Shown: positions 18,790 to 27,670, counted from the first letter of the stretch. The stretch is DNA of 64,000 bases from Gemmatimonadota bacterium (GCA_016713435.1 JADJPD010000018.1:5232-69231), one strand, 5' to 3'. A program made the numbers and translations. Notes: generated from the sequence alone by a model not told the origin.

Positions 18790-19313
18790 CGGGAGGAGGA
18801 GGATCAAGAGAAGCCCGGTGTCGAGCGTGACGAGCGGGATCTCGAGCCGGGCGGGTATCGCGCTGAGTGGACTGTCGCCGGCCCTCCGGAGATCCACCTG
18901 GGCGGAATCCACCGCGAACCCCCGCGCCCGCACCACCACCTGCCCGCGATAACTTGGCGCGGCGAGCGACGCCCGGCACCTGCGCCTCACTGAACTGGAA
19001 GGCCCCGTTGCCATCCGTCAACCGGGTGACCGACCACGCGAGCTCGCCGGTGGCGCTGGACGCGGAACGTCACGCTGGCCCGGGCCACGGGACCCGACTG
19101 CGATGATACTGTCCCGGCAACGATCGGCGGCGGCGCTGGAGCTGCGCTGTCCACGCTTGCCGGGGCGCCAGGAGCCGGTGATGACGCTGGGGCGATCGCG
19201 GCACCCGTCCCCTGCGCCCGCAACCAGAATCCCCACAGGCCGAGCGCACAGATGAGGACGACGCCCGCTGCCCACCCCCACCGGCCCCGCTGCCCTTCCG
19301 TGATGCGCGCCAT
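18790..19313 (-). pseudogene. small membrane-anchored CarboxypepD_reg-like protein, frameshifted
   Basis: TM WAAGVVLICALGLWGFW, then VAGTVSSQSGPVARASVTF, TDGNGAFQFSEAQVPG and YRGQVVVRARGF in three different frames. No stop precedes the S8 start. Confidence 0.4.
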
Positions 19314-19364
19314 GCGGCCACCTCCTCAGGCCGGGCTTGCCACCCGGTCGCGCCTGCCCCGCAG

Positions 19365-19877
19365 CTACTGCGTCGCCTGGAAATGCATCGGATCCGGCCG
19401 CTTCTTGAACCGCCCGCCCCACTTCCACCCTTCCGCCTCGAAGAGTGCGATCACCGCCTCCGGCATCATCCCCTTCCCCGCCTCCCACCGCCGGCCCAGG
19501 CCGTTGTGGTCTGGATCCAGGTCGATCCCCGCCCCCCACGCGTGGGTGCTCAGGCTGCCCGACCCCGAGATGCGGCGGTAGTTGTAGACCCCGGCATAGA
19601 GGTGCATCCCGGCTGCGCGCACCTTGGCCACCGAGCCATAGTGATCCAGGATCCCCTGCAGCACGCCCTTCAGGCTCTCCGCCACCTTCCGGTGACAGCG
19701 GACCCGGGTCACGGTGCGCGTGGGCTCCCACGCCAGCACCATCGGGTAGGGTGCGATGAACGCCGTGAGGTTGGCCTGCTCCCATCCCGCGGTCGGGAGG
19801 CCATCCTGCTTGAGCTGGTGTTCCCCGTAGAACGCTGCGAGGCTGGCGGGATCGTCGGCCGGCCATGGATGTGGCAT
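19365..19877 (-). CDS. M15-family (VanY/endolysin-like) zinc peptidase
   Basis: Motifs SLSTHAWGAGIDLDP and RPDPMHFQ match the H-x-D / D-x-x-H metal ligands of M15. No signal peptide is seen. Confidence 0.7.
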   Translation of the reverse strand: MPHPWPADDPASLAAFYGEHQLKQDGLPTAGWEQANLTAFIAPYPMVLAWEPTRTVTRVRCHRKVAESLKGVLQGILDHYGSVAKVRAAGMHLYAGVYNYRRISGSGSLSTHAWGAGIDLDPDHNGLGRRWEAGKGMMPEAVIALFEAEGWKWGGRFKKRPDPMHFQATQ

Positions 19878-20157
19878 CGAGCCCCCGGGGGTTCTAATGC
19901 GGAACGCCGGGTCCGGGCCCCACCGCCGCCGGCACCCGCACCCGCTTTGTAGAATGGGAAATGTTATGTCCCAGATAATATGAGAAGGCAGGGTAAAATC
20001 CGGGTCAGTAGCGGGTCATTCGGAGGCCCTGCGAGGCGGGAGAGGTGTAACGGAAGGTTTTGCCGGGAGGGAAACCGCGAAATGCCACAATTCACCTGAC
20101 AGGGACCCGCTCAGGCCGCTCCGGGCACCTCCCCGCGCAGGGGAACTCCCCGCCGCC

Positions 20158-20685
20158 TCACGCCTGCCCCCAGCGCGACTCGAGCAGCTTAGGTGCGGCG
20201 GCGACCGGCCAGATCACCTCCTCGAGGCGCCGCGACGCATGACACGGCGTCTCCGCCAGCCGGCTCTCCACGAAGGGCAGCGTGGTCTCGTCCCACCGCC
20301 CGCGCTCCAGGTGCGCCTCCACCGCGTACGCGAAGTCCACCATGCTGCCGAGCACCGAGCGGTCCGTGGTCCTGGCCACGCGCACCGGGACCATGGCGGC
20401 ACACTCGGCGTCCACCACGCTGGGTGGCGCGCCGAGCCGGTGCAGCCGGGCGGCGACGAGGGTGGCGAGCCGGCCGGGGAGCGTCTTGACCTCGCGGGCG
20501 GGGACCAGGAGGGGCAGCAGGCCACGGGAGGAGGTGAGGAGGAGCAACGGGCGGCGATCGACCACGAGACGGTTGACGTACCAGTCGCCGAGGGCGGTGT
20601 CGGAGGCGGACTCGGCGGGCGCGGTCGGGGGGAGCGCCGGGAAGAGGCGGCGGGTGGGGCGCAGCACTACCATCGGCAGGGGCAC
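20158..20685 (-). CDS. hypothetical protein
   Basis: Coherent 175-aa ORF (GDWYVNRLVVDRRPLLLLTSSRGLLPLLVPAREV). The family is not confidently recognised. Confidence 0.5.
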   Translation of the reverse strand: MPLPMVVLRPTRRLFPALPPTAPAESASDTALGDWYVNRLVVDRRPLLLLTSSRGLLPLLVPAREVKTLPGRLATLVAARLHRLGAPPSVVDAECAAMVPVRVARTTDRSVLGSMVDFAYAVEAHLERGRWDETTLPFVESRLAETPCHASRRLEEVIWPVAAAPKLLESRWGQA

Positions 20686-20758
20686 CTCGGGCGCCGGCGC
20701 CCCTGAGGAATCACGGGGCGATCAGGGAGGCGCGCCCGGCTCACGGGTTCGCGAGCCA

Positions 20759-21538
20759 TCACTGCCCGTCAATCCGGACCTCACTCCCGAACCCCACCCG
20801 TCGCCGCGTGGCCACCGGCACGCCCTGGATCCGACCGGGCGCGTACTGGCAGTTCTGGTACAGCCGCACCGCCTGCTGGGTGATGCTCGGGTTCGTGGAG
20901 GAGAGCACGGTGACGCTTCCCACCACGAACCGGCCGCCCGTATCCACCACGAACGTGAACGTGGCCTCGCCGGTGTTGGCGCGCTGCATCTCCCGTTGCA
21001 TGGCCTCAAAGTCCCCTCGGGACATGGGCCCCGTGGTGACGATCTCCTCGCGCGGCCCGTTCTGGCATGCGAGCGTCCGGGGCTTCTCCTCGAGGATCGG
21101 ATCGCCCTCCTCCACCGGCTCCGTGGGCAGCACCGGGGGCGTGATCTCGAGCGGCGTGAACGGCCGCCCCTCCGCCGGGATGGTCCGGATGCTCAGGCCG
21201 TTCGAGTCGAGCATGATCTGCTGCAGCACCGCCAGCGGCGCGCGCGGCTTGGGCTCGATGCGGAACTTGCACGCCGGCAGCTGCCGCCGTGCGATGCTGA
21301 GGATGCCGCCGGGGCTCAGGCCCTTCGCGAAGCCGACCTCGATCCGGGTGGTGTCCGGGCGGCCATCGGGTGACAGCACCGTCCGCACCACGCCCGTCCC
21401 CGAGACCTCGCCGAGGGGCTGGACGGGCGAGCGACAGCGTTCCAGGGAGATGACCGGATCAGGGGGGACCCTGTCAGGGGTGCGGACCACCAGGAGAGGG
21501 AGCGCGAGAAGGAGCGCGGTGACGGGCAGCAGGCGCAT
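20759..21538 (-). CDS. secreted protein with TonB C-terminal-like domain
   Basis: ATG at 21538 gives the signal MRLLPVTALLLALPLLVV. C-terminal ATFTFVVDTGGRFVVGSVTVLSSTNPSITQQAVRLYQNCQYAPGRIQGVPV. Confidence 0.6.
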   Translation of the reverse strand: MRLLPVTALLLALPLLVVRTPDRVPPDPVISLERCRSPVQPLGEVSGTGVVRTVLSPDGRPDTTRIEVGFAKGLSPGGILSIARRQLPACKFRIEPKPRAPLAVLQQIMLDSNGLSIRTIPAEGRPFTPLEITPPVLPTEPVEEGDPILEEKPRTLACQNGPREEIVTTGPMSRGDFEAMQREMQRANTGEATFTFVVDTGGRFVVGSVTVLSSTNPSITQQAVRLYQNCQYAPGRIQGVPVATRRRVGFGSEVRIDGQ

Positions 21539-21929
21539 GGGGCAAGACCTTCGCAAGAGAAACGCTGTGGCATAAGGTGCCCCGCGGCCCGTTGTGCGGC
21601 AAGCACCCCCGGCCCCCGCTACGGCCTGGCGGGCAGCTCTTCCTTGGGCAGCTGCGGCACCACGCTCACGTGGGGCGGCACCAAGTCCGGCACGTCGTAG
21701 CAGAGCCGCATGCCCATGACGATGGCCGCCTCGTTGGCTGAGTGCCCGTAGCTTCGGCGGCCGGGCGCTGCCCGAATCCATCGGAATGGACCACCCGCCC
21801 CGCTCGGTGGACGCGCGCTTCCCCGCGATGCGTGGGAGAAGGCCCTTCGGGGCAATCGTCGTCCGACACTAGTAGAGTTGCAGCAGTTGCCGGGTCCTCC
21901 TGCCAGGAGTGCGAGGGGATTTTCGCGCT

Positions 21930-22105
21930 GCGCCCGCAGGAATGGTCCAGGTGCGCTGGACCGTCGTCGGGGCGCGGTGGAGCATCCTCCGGGTGCGGTG
22001 GACCACCGTCCGGGCGCAGTGGTCCCTCGTCCGGGTGCCGTGGACCAGCGCCCGTGCACACTGGACCAGCGTCCGGGCGCAGTGGACCACGGACCGTGCA
22101 CGCGT
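21930..22105. repeat. 21-nt tandem repeat, about 8 units
   Basis: Units from 21951: gtgcgctggaccgtcgtcggg, gcgcggtggagcatcctccgg, gtgcggtggaccaccgtccgg, gcgcagtggtccctcgtccgg and further units. Consensus GYGCRGTGGACCANCGTCCGG. Confidence 0.8.
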
Positions 22106-22437
22106 GAGTGATGTCGTTGACGGAGAGGAAAGTCCGCGGGACCACGGGCATGGCACCGGGAGAATCGGCGCGCTGGCAGGGTGCGGCGGACCGCGGACCG
22201 GGGAGGGAGGAGCGCCAGCAGGGGCGCGCGGACGCGTGTCCCGGGCGGGGTGGACCAGGACGCGGGAACGGCCGCGCACGCCGCGTGTCAGGGCATCCGG
22301 CTTGTGATGCATGCACTGCATGAACGGACCGGCGCCGGACCCGAGGATCTCCGGGGGCTCAGGCCCGGGCTCGCCCCCGCGCCTCCACCCAATCTGCGCC
22401 GCGCGCGGCGTGACCGGCCGTCTCGCGCGTGGCCGCG

Positions 22438-23094
22438 CTAATCCGGACGCCCCGCCGCCCGGTAGTCGAGGACGATGAGCGCCACCAGCGCGCCGAGTAC
22501 CACCCACGTCCCGGCGCCCCCTGCCCCGGCGAGCCGCACCACCCCGAGCCCCGCGGCAACCACCCCGAGCCCCGCCAGCCACCCGAGCGCGGCGGCGAGC
22601 CGCCGTCCCGTTCCCGCTGGGGCCGGTCGCCGGTCCTCGAGCAGCCCGGCCAGCTTGGGCCAGTCGTACACCAGCAGGACCCCCGCGAGGCCGAGGAACA
22701 CCGCCACCACATACGGCGTCCCGCGCCATGCCAGCGACCAGGTGACCACCAGGATGCTCACCAGGATGGGCACCAGCATGAGCGCGCCCAAGGTGGCGAA
22801 CCGCCGCGTGAGGAGCAGGAACCCCGTGCCCACCTCCGCCACGGCGATGAAGCGGCCGTAGGCGGCCAGCCCGTGCGGGGCCAGCGTGGCCTCGAGGTTC
22901 GGGGGGCCCATGGTGTTGGGGAAGCGCGGGATGAGCTTGGCGAGCCCCGAGAAGACGAAGAGGAGGCCGAGGAACCACCGAATGCCGTAGATCAGGAAGG
23001 GCGGCCGGCGCGCGGGGTCGAGGAAGCGGTAGGCGATCGCCGCCGGGGCGAAGGCCAGCAGCATCAGGAAGGGCGGGAAGTGGAGCAGGAGCAT
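22438..23094 (-). CDS. DoxX-like membrane protein
   Basis: Four to six TM segments. Motif FLGLLFVFSGLAKL is typical of DoxX. Confidence 0.6.
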   Translation of the reverse strand: MLLLHFPPFLMLLAFAPAAIAYRFLDPARRPPFLIYGIRWFLGLLFVFSGLAKLIPRFPNTMGPPNLEATLAPHGLAAYGRFIAVAEVGTGFLLLTRRFATLGALMLVPILVSILVVTWSLAWRGTPYVVAVFLGLAGVLLVYDWPKLAGLLEDRRPAPAGTGRRLAAALGWLAGLGVVAAGLGVVRLAGAGGAGTWVVLGALVALIVLDYRAAGRPD

Positions 23095-23155
23095 GGGCGG
23101 CTCGATGACGGGGCCCGTCAGCGCAATCCCGGCCCGGACGCGCGGTTCGCCGGCC

Positions 23156-23599
23156 TCACCCGCGCGCCCGCGCCTTGGCCTCGGCCAGGTACCCGGGCGC
23201 CAGGTCGAGGAGGTTCGAGATCTTCCGGATCAGGTAGGCCTCGTGCTCCGCCACGGTCCCGTCCGCCAGGATCACGCCCCACATCACCTCGGCGAGGACC
23301 AGCTTCTGACCCGCGTCGTACTGCGCCGCCACGGTGCGGGTGAACGCGAAGTGGTCAATGGAACCCTGCCGCGCCTCCTCGGCGTAGGCGAGGAGCGCCG
23401 TGACCGCCTCGTCGTCCAGCGCGAAGTGGCGGGCGAGGGCGGCGCGGATGTGGGCCTGCTCCTCCGTGCTGAACTCGCCGTCGGCATGGGCCAGCTCGAG
23501 GAGGAGGGCGGCGGCGGCCACCTGGATCTCGGGCGCCTTGGGCGACGCCGACGAGGTGGCGGGAGTGCGGGCGAGGAGGCGCTTGAGGCTGTCGAGCAT
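23156..23599 (-). CDS. TerB-family (tellurite-resistance-like) protein
   Basis: ALLLELAHADGEFSTEEQAHI and MWGVILADGTVAEHEAYLIRKISNLL match the TerB repeat pattern. Confidence 0.7.
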   Translation of the reverse strand: MLDSLKRLLARTPATSSASPKAPEIQVAAAALLLELAHADGEFSTEEQAHIRAALARHFALDDEAVTALLAYAEEARQGSIDHFAFTRTVAAQYDAGQKLVLAEVMWGVILADGTVAEHEAYLIRKISNLLDLAPGYLAEAKARARG

Positions 23600-23693
23600 T
23601 GCGATGGGGGGTCGGGGACAGGGGAAGTCTACACCGATGGTGAGCCCCGGGCAGACCCTGCCGCCATGCCGGCCTCCCCGCTTCGCCCGCTCC

Positions 23694-24254
23694 TCACCCC
23701 ACCTGGCTCAGCAGGACCACCCCCGCGCCCACCGCCACGGCGCCGCCGATCCGCGCCGCCAGGAGGGACCGCCGCGCCAGCCGCTCCGCCGTGATCGCCA
23801 CCGCCACGATGCCCATCACACGGAGATCCATGGCACCAAGCGCGAGCAGGACCGCCGTGGGGCCGGCGCAGGAGCACACGCACCGCGCACCGAGCCGGAG
23901 GCCGTGACGCCAGGCCGCCGTGACGGACCACGGGCCGCCGCCGGCGGCCGCCACCGCACGACATCGCGCCAGCGCCCGCGCCTTCCACGCCGTGAACTGC
24001 AGCCCGCCGGCCACCAGCACCACCACCCCGCTGACCCACGGCCTCGCCGGCACGACCGGCCCCACGACGAGGCCCACCGCATGCACCGCCACCCCGACCG
24101 CCGTCCACACCGCGTAGTAGCCGAGGGCCACTACGAGGGGGCGCTCCACCCGCGCGAGGACGGGCGCGAGCGACGGCAGCATCATCGGGACCATCATGAG
24201 CGCCCACATCCCGACGAACGAGGCGCCGCTCGCGCCGTGCGCGTGCATCGGCAT
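23694..24254 (-). CDS. DUF2182-like metal-binding membrane protein
   Basis: ATG at 24254 overlaps the upstream TGA (GTGATGCC). Motif FVGMWALMMVPMMLPS is typical of DUF2182. Confidence 0.6.
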   Translation of the reverse strand: MPMHAHGASGASFVGMWALMMVPMMLPSLAPVLARVERPLVVALGYYAVWTAVGVAVHAVGLVVGPVVPARPWVSGVVVLVAGGLQFTAWKARALARCRAVAAAGGGPWSVTAAWRHGLRLGARCVCSCAGPTAVLLALGAMDLRVMGIVAVAITAERLARRSLLAARIGGAVAVGAGVVLLSQVG

Positions 24255-25093
24255 CACCGTCCCGGGTATGCGTCGCGGTGACGGAGCCAGTACCCGCCGT
24301 GCTCGTTGCGGCCGCCGGGCGCGCGGTCGAGCCACTGGTACACGCCCCAGAGCGCGTCGAGCCCGCGGGCGTAGGTGGAGTAGGTGTGGTACACGACACC
24401 GTCCTCCAGCGCGAAGGCGCTCACCCCCGGACGCTCACGGGTGTAGGTCGGCACGTCGGTGCCGGTCGTGGCCGCCAGCTCCACGATCGACAGCTCTCCC
24501 TTCCGCACCAGCTGCGACCCCACATCGGGCGCGGCAGCCGGTCGCGCACCTCCCGTCGGCTTCACGGCCATCGCAGGCTCCCGGCGGTAGTTGTACTCGA
24601 TGCCGCCGACGTGCTGCTGCTCCTCGGTGAAGTGCGCGTTGAAGTCGAAGTTGAAGTCCCCGCCGTGGCACGAGGCCCACGGGAAGCGCCAGCCCATCCG
24701 GCGCCGGAAGTCGAGCAGCTTCGCGAGCGGCGCCCGGGACACCGCCCAGAGCGCCACGTCGTGCTGCTCCAGGTGCGTCACGATGCCGTCGAAGCCATCC
24801 GCGATGGACGAGCACGACGGGCACCCCGCCGCGTAGTCCGGCCCGAACATGAAGTGGTACACCAGCAACTGCGACCGCCCGCCGAAGAGGTCCGCGAGCG
24901 TCGCGGGACCGGCCTCGGTCTCGAGGCGATACGGCTTCTCGACCCGGACCCACGGCAGCGCCTGCCGCTGCCGCGCCAGCTCGTCGCTCCGCCGCGTCAG
25001 CTCCTTCTCCGCCGCGAGCAGCTCGAGCCGCGCGGCGCGCCACGCCTCGCGGGTGCCAATGGTGTGGGGCGTCGGCTTCGTGGTCGTCGTCAT
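24254..25093 (-). CDS. DUF899 thioredoxin-like family protein
   Basis: REAWRAARLELLAAEKELTRRSDELARQRQALPWV and QLLVYHFMFGPDYAAGCPSCS are typical of DUF899. Confidence 0.75.
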   Translation of the reverse strand: MTTTTKPTPHTIGTREAWRAARLELLAAEKELTRRSDELARQRQALPWVRVEKPYRLETEAGPATLADLFGGRSQLLVYHFMFGPDYAAGCPSCSSIADGFDGIVTHLEQHDVALWAVSRAPLAKLLDFRRRMGWRFPWASCHGGDFNFDFNAHFTEEQQHVGGIEYNYRREPAMAVKPTGGARPAAAPDVGSQLVRKGELSIVELAATTGTDVPTYTRERPGVSAFALEDGVVYHTYSTYARGLDALWGVYQWLDRAPGGRNEHGGYWLRHRDAYPGR

Positions 25094-25223
25094 GCTTGCC
25101 TCCAAGGGTGGGGTGCGAGATCTTGCCAGCCGTTCCGCTCGCGGCGGGCACCGCGACAACCTTACGGCGAGCCCTCGCCGGGCCGTGAGTTACAGGCATG
25201 ACGCAATTCCCCGGGCCGCCTCC

Positions 25224-26447
25224 ATGGATCCCCTGATCGCCGCCGCGGCGCGCGCGCTCGCGGCCGGCGACCCGATCGGCGCGCTCAATCACGTCGCGCT
25301 GCGCGAGGATGCGCGCGGCCTGGCGCTCCGCGGCATCGCCATGGCCCAGCTCGGTGAGCTCCCCCGCGCCAAGGCGCTCATCCGCCGGGCCGCGCGCGGC
25401 TTCGGGCCGGGCGAGCCGGTGGCGCGGGCGCGGTGCGTGGTGGCGGAGGCGGAGATCGCGCTCGCGGCGCGCGACCTGGCCTGGCCCCCCGGCGCCCTCG
25501 ACGCCGCCCGCGCCACGCTCGAGGCCCACGGCGACCGCGCGAACGCGGCGCACGCGCGCCTCATCGCCGCGCGGCGGCACCTCCTGCTCGGCCGCCTCAC
25601 GGAGGCCGAGCGGATGCTCGCGGCCGGGGATCCGGCCGCGCTCCCACCGCCGCTCCGGGCGGTGCACGAGCTGGCCGTTGCCGGCATCGCCATGCGCCGT
25701 CTCGGCGCCCGCGAGGCGCGCGCGGCGCTCGCGCGCGCGGACGGCGCGGCGCGCCGAGCGGGGGTGCCGGCGCTCCAGGCAGAGGTGGCGGCGCTGGCCG
25801 CGGCGCTGGCAGCCCCGGCGGCGCGGCTCGTCACGCCCGGCGCGGGGCGGCTCCTGTCGCTCGAGGACATCGAGGCGCTGCTCGCCTCGGGCACGCTCGT
25901 CGTGGACGGATGCCGCCACGTCGTGGCGCGCGGCTCGACGCGGGTGGCGCTCGCGGGGCGGCCCGTGCTCTTCGCGCTCGCCCGGACGCTCGGCGAGGCG
26001 TGGCCCGGCGACGCCTCCCGCGCCGCCCTGCTCCGGTCCTTCGGCGCGCACTTCACCGACGCGTCCCACCGCGCCCGGCTCCGGGTGGAGATTTCCCGGC
26101 TCCGCCGCGCGCTCGGCCCCCTCGCGGCCGTCGCCGCGACGCCGGCCGGCTTCACGCTGGCGCCGCGCCGCACCGACGCGGTGGCGGTCCTCGCGCCGCC
26201 GGCGCCGATCCCGGAGCGGCACGGCGCGGTGTTCGGGCTGCTCGCCGACGGGGAGGGGTGGTCGAGTTCCGCGCTGGCCCTCGCGCTCCGGACCAGCCCG
26301 CGCACCGTGCAGCGCGCGCTGGAGGCCCTCGCCACGGCGAGCCTGGTGCAGGGCGTCGGGCGCGGTCGCGCCCGGCGGTGGATGGCGTCGCCCGTGATGG
26401 GAATCGCGACGTCGCTGTTACTCCCTGCCCCGCTGCCGCTCGACTAG
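25224..26447 (+). CDS. hypothetical regulator-like protein (Ala-rich helical repeats plus C-terminal winged-helix-like segment)
   Basis: ATG at 25224. C-terminal WSSSALALALRTSPRTVQRALEALATASLVQGVGRGRARRW looks like an HTH. Confidence 0.5.
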   Translation: MDPLIAAAARALAAGDPIGALNHVALREDARGLALRGIAMAQLGELPRAKALIRRAARGFGPGEPVARARCVVAEAEIALAARDLAWPPGALDAARATLEAHGDRANAAHARLIAARRHLLLGRLTEAERMLAAGDPAALPPPLRAVHELAVAGIAMRRLGAREARAALARADGAARRAGVPALQAEVAALAAALAAPAARLVTPGAGRLLSLEDIEALLASGTLVVDGCRHVVARGSTRVALAGRPVLFALARTLGEAWPGDASRAALLRSFGAHFTDASHRARLRVEISRLRRALGPLAAVAATPAGFTLAPRRTDAVAVLAPPAPIPERHGAVFGLLADGEGWSSSALALALRTSPRTVQRALEALATASLVQGVGRGRARRWMASPVMGIATSLLLPAPLPLD

Positions 26448-26450
26448 ACT

Positions 26451-27107
26451 GTGGCCATGCCCAAGCCACGCGTCGTCAAGGCCGAAGTGGTCCGCGAGTA
26501 CGGACCGTTCGAGGGAATCCCGCAGGTGCACGGCGTGAGCTGGGATGGGGAGCACGTCTGGTTCGCCGGTGGCAACCAGATGCATGCGCTCGACCCGGGC
26601 AGCGGCGCGCTTGAGCGGGCCCTCAACGTGCCGGCGCACGCGGGCACCGCCTTCGACGGGCGGCATCTCTTCCAGATCGACAACGGCCAGATCCGGAAAG
26701 TCGATCCCGCCTCGGGCGAGGTCGTCGCCACGATCCCGTCACCCGGCGGGACGGACTCGGGCCTCGCGTGGGCGGAAGGCACGCTCTGGGTGGGGCAGTA
26801 TCGCGAGCGGAAGATCCACCAGGTGGACCCCGAGACGGGCCGCATCCTCCGGACCATCGAGTCGAACCGGTTCGTCACCGGCGTCACCTGGGTGGACGGC
26901 GAGCTCTGGCACGGCACCTGGGAGGACGACGCGAGCGACGTGCGCCGCATCGATCCCGCCACGGGCGAGGTGCTGGAGCGCCTCGAGATGCCGGCGGGCG
27001 CCGGCGTGTCCGGGCTCGAGTCGGATGGGGCGGACCGGTTCTTCTGCGGCGGCGGGAACAGCGGGAAGGTCCGCGTGGTTGCGCGGCGGCGCGGCAAGGC
27101 GAAGTGA
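26451..27107 (+). CDS. glutaminyl-cyclase-like beta-propeller repeat protein
   Basis: Repeated blades ...DPGSGAL..., ...DPASGEVVATI..., ...DPETGRILRTI..., ...DPATGEVLERL.... Starts 4 nt after the upstream stop. Confidence 0.5.
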   Translation: MAMPKPRVVKAEVVREYGPFEGIPQVHGVSWDGEHVWFAGGNQMHALDPGSGALERALNVPAHAGTAFDGRHLFQIDNGQIRKVDPASGEVVATIPSPGGTDSGLAWAEGTLWVGQYRERKIHQVDPETGRILRTIESNRFVTGVTWVDGELWHGTWEDDASDVRRIDPATGEVLERLEMPAGAGVSGLESDGADRFFCGGGNSGKVRVVARRRGKAK

Positions 27108-27199
27108 CCTCGGCGCCGCCAGCATCGTAACTCCTGCCTGGGAAGCGAACGCGAGCGCGCCTGGCCCCACCGGCCTCGGCCCGCCTCGTGTCGCCCCCC

Positions 27200-27670
27200 T
27201 TACGGCCTCCCCGGCCGCAGCCCGAGCAGCCAGAGCAGCGCCGCCACCGCCGCGAAGAACAGGGTGATCTTGAGCCGCTGCACCGACTCCTCCTGGGTGC
27301 GCGGCCGGACCAGCCGGGCGTACCAGGGCTCGCTCGGCACCGCGGCCACCGCGTCGGGATCGGCGAACCCGTGACGCAACAGCACCACCAGCGCCGCCAG
27401 CAGCGCCCCGACCGCCGCGAGGCCCACCGGCACCAGCGCCACGAGGAAGATCATCGGCAGGAGCCCCTCCCAGCTCCCCCCGCCCGGCCGGTCGCGCACG
27501 CTGTGCCAGAGCGGCAGCCCGATCGCCAGCATGCCCAGCACGGTGCCGGCCGGGAGCCAGACCATCCACGGGCGCAGCTGATGGCGCTTCGCGAGGACGG
27601 GGAGCGCCCCGGCAGCCAGGAACGCGGCCCCGGTGGCGACGGTGCGGAACAACTCGGTGTTGGCGGTCAT
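27200..27670 (-). CDS. small polytopic membrane protein
   Basis: ATG at 27670. Four hydrophobic segments. Confidence 0.5.
   Translation of the reverse strand: MTANTELFRTVATGAAFLAAGALPVLAKRHQLRPWMVWLPAGTVLGMLAIGLPLWHSVRDRPGGGSWEGLLPMIFLVALVPVGLAAVGALLAALVVLLRHGFADPDAVAAVPSEPWYARLVRPRTQEESVQRLKITLFFAAVAALLWLLGLRPGRP

Noticed and set aside
19950-20160. A small ncRNA or tRNA in the A/T-rich intergenic region.
   Set aside because: I could recognise no cloverleaf, T-loop (GGTTCGAATCC-like) or known riboswitch core. It is treated only as a likely promoter or leader region.
21930-22105. Possible CRISPR array.
   Set aside because: The 21-nt units are directly adjacent with no spacers. They are degenerate rather than identical, and no cas genes are present.
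22119-22300. RNase P RNA-like motifs: GAGAGGAAAGTCCGCGGG at about 22119 and CATCCGGCTTGTG at about 22285, resembling the two strands of helix P4.
   Set aside because: The two motifs are only about 165 nt apart, far too close for a bacterial type A RNA. The other conserved regions (the GGUGCGGUAAGAGCGCACC-type element and ACAGAA before CCGGCUU) are absent or mutated. The 5' side is occupied by the tandem repeat. It is probably chance similarity in GC-rich sequence. A cmscan with the Rfam RNase P models would settle it.
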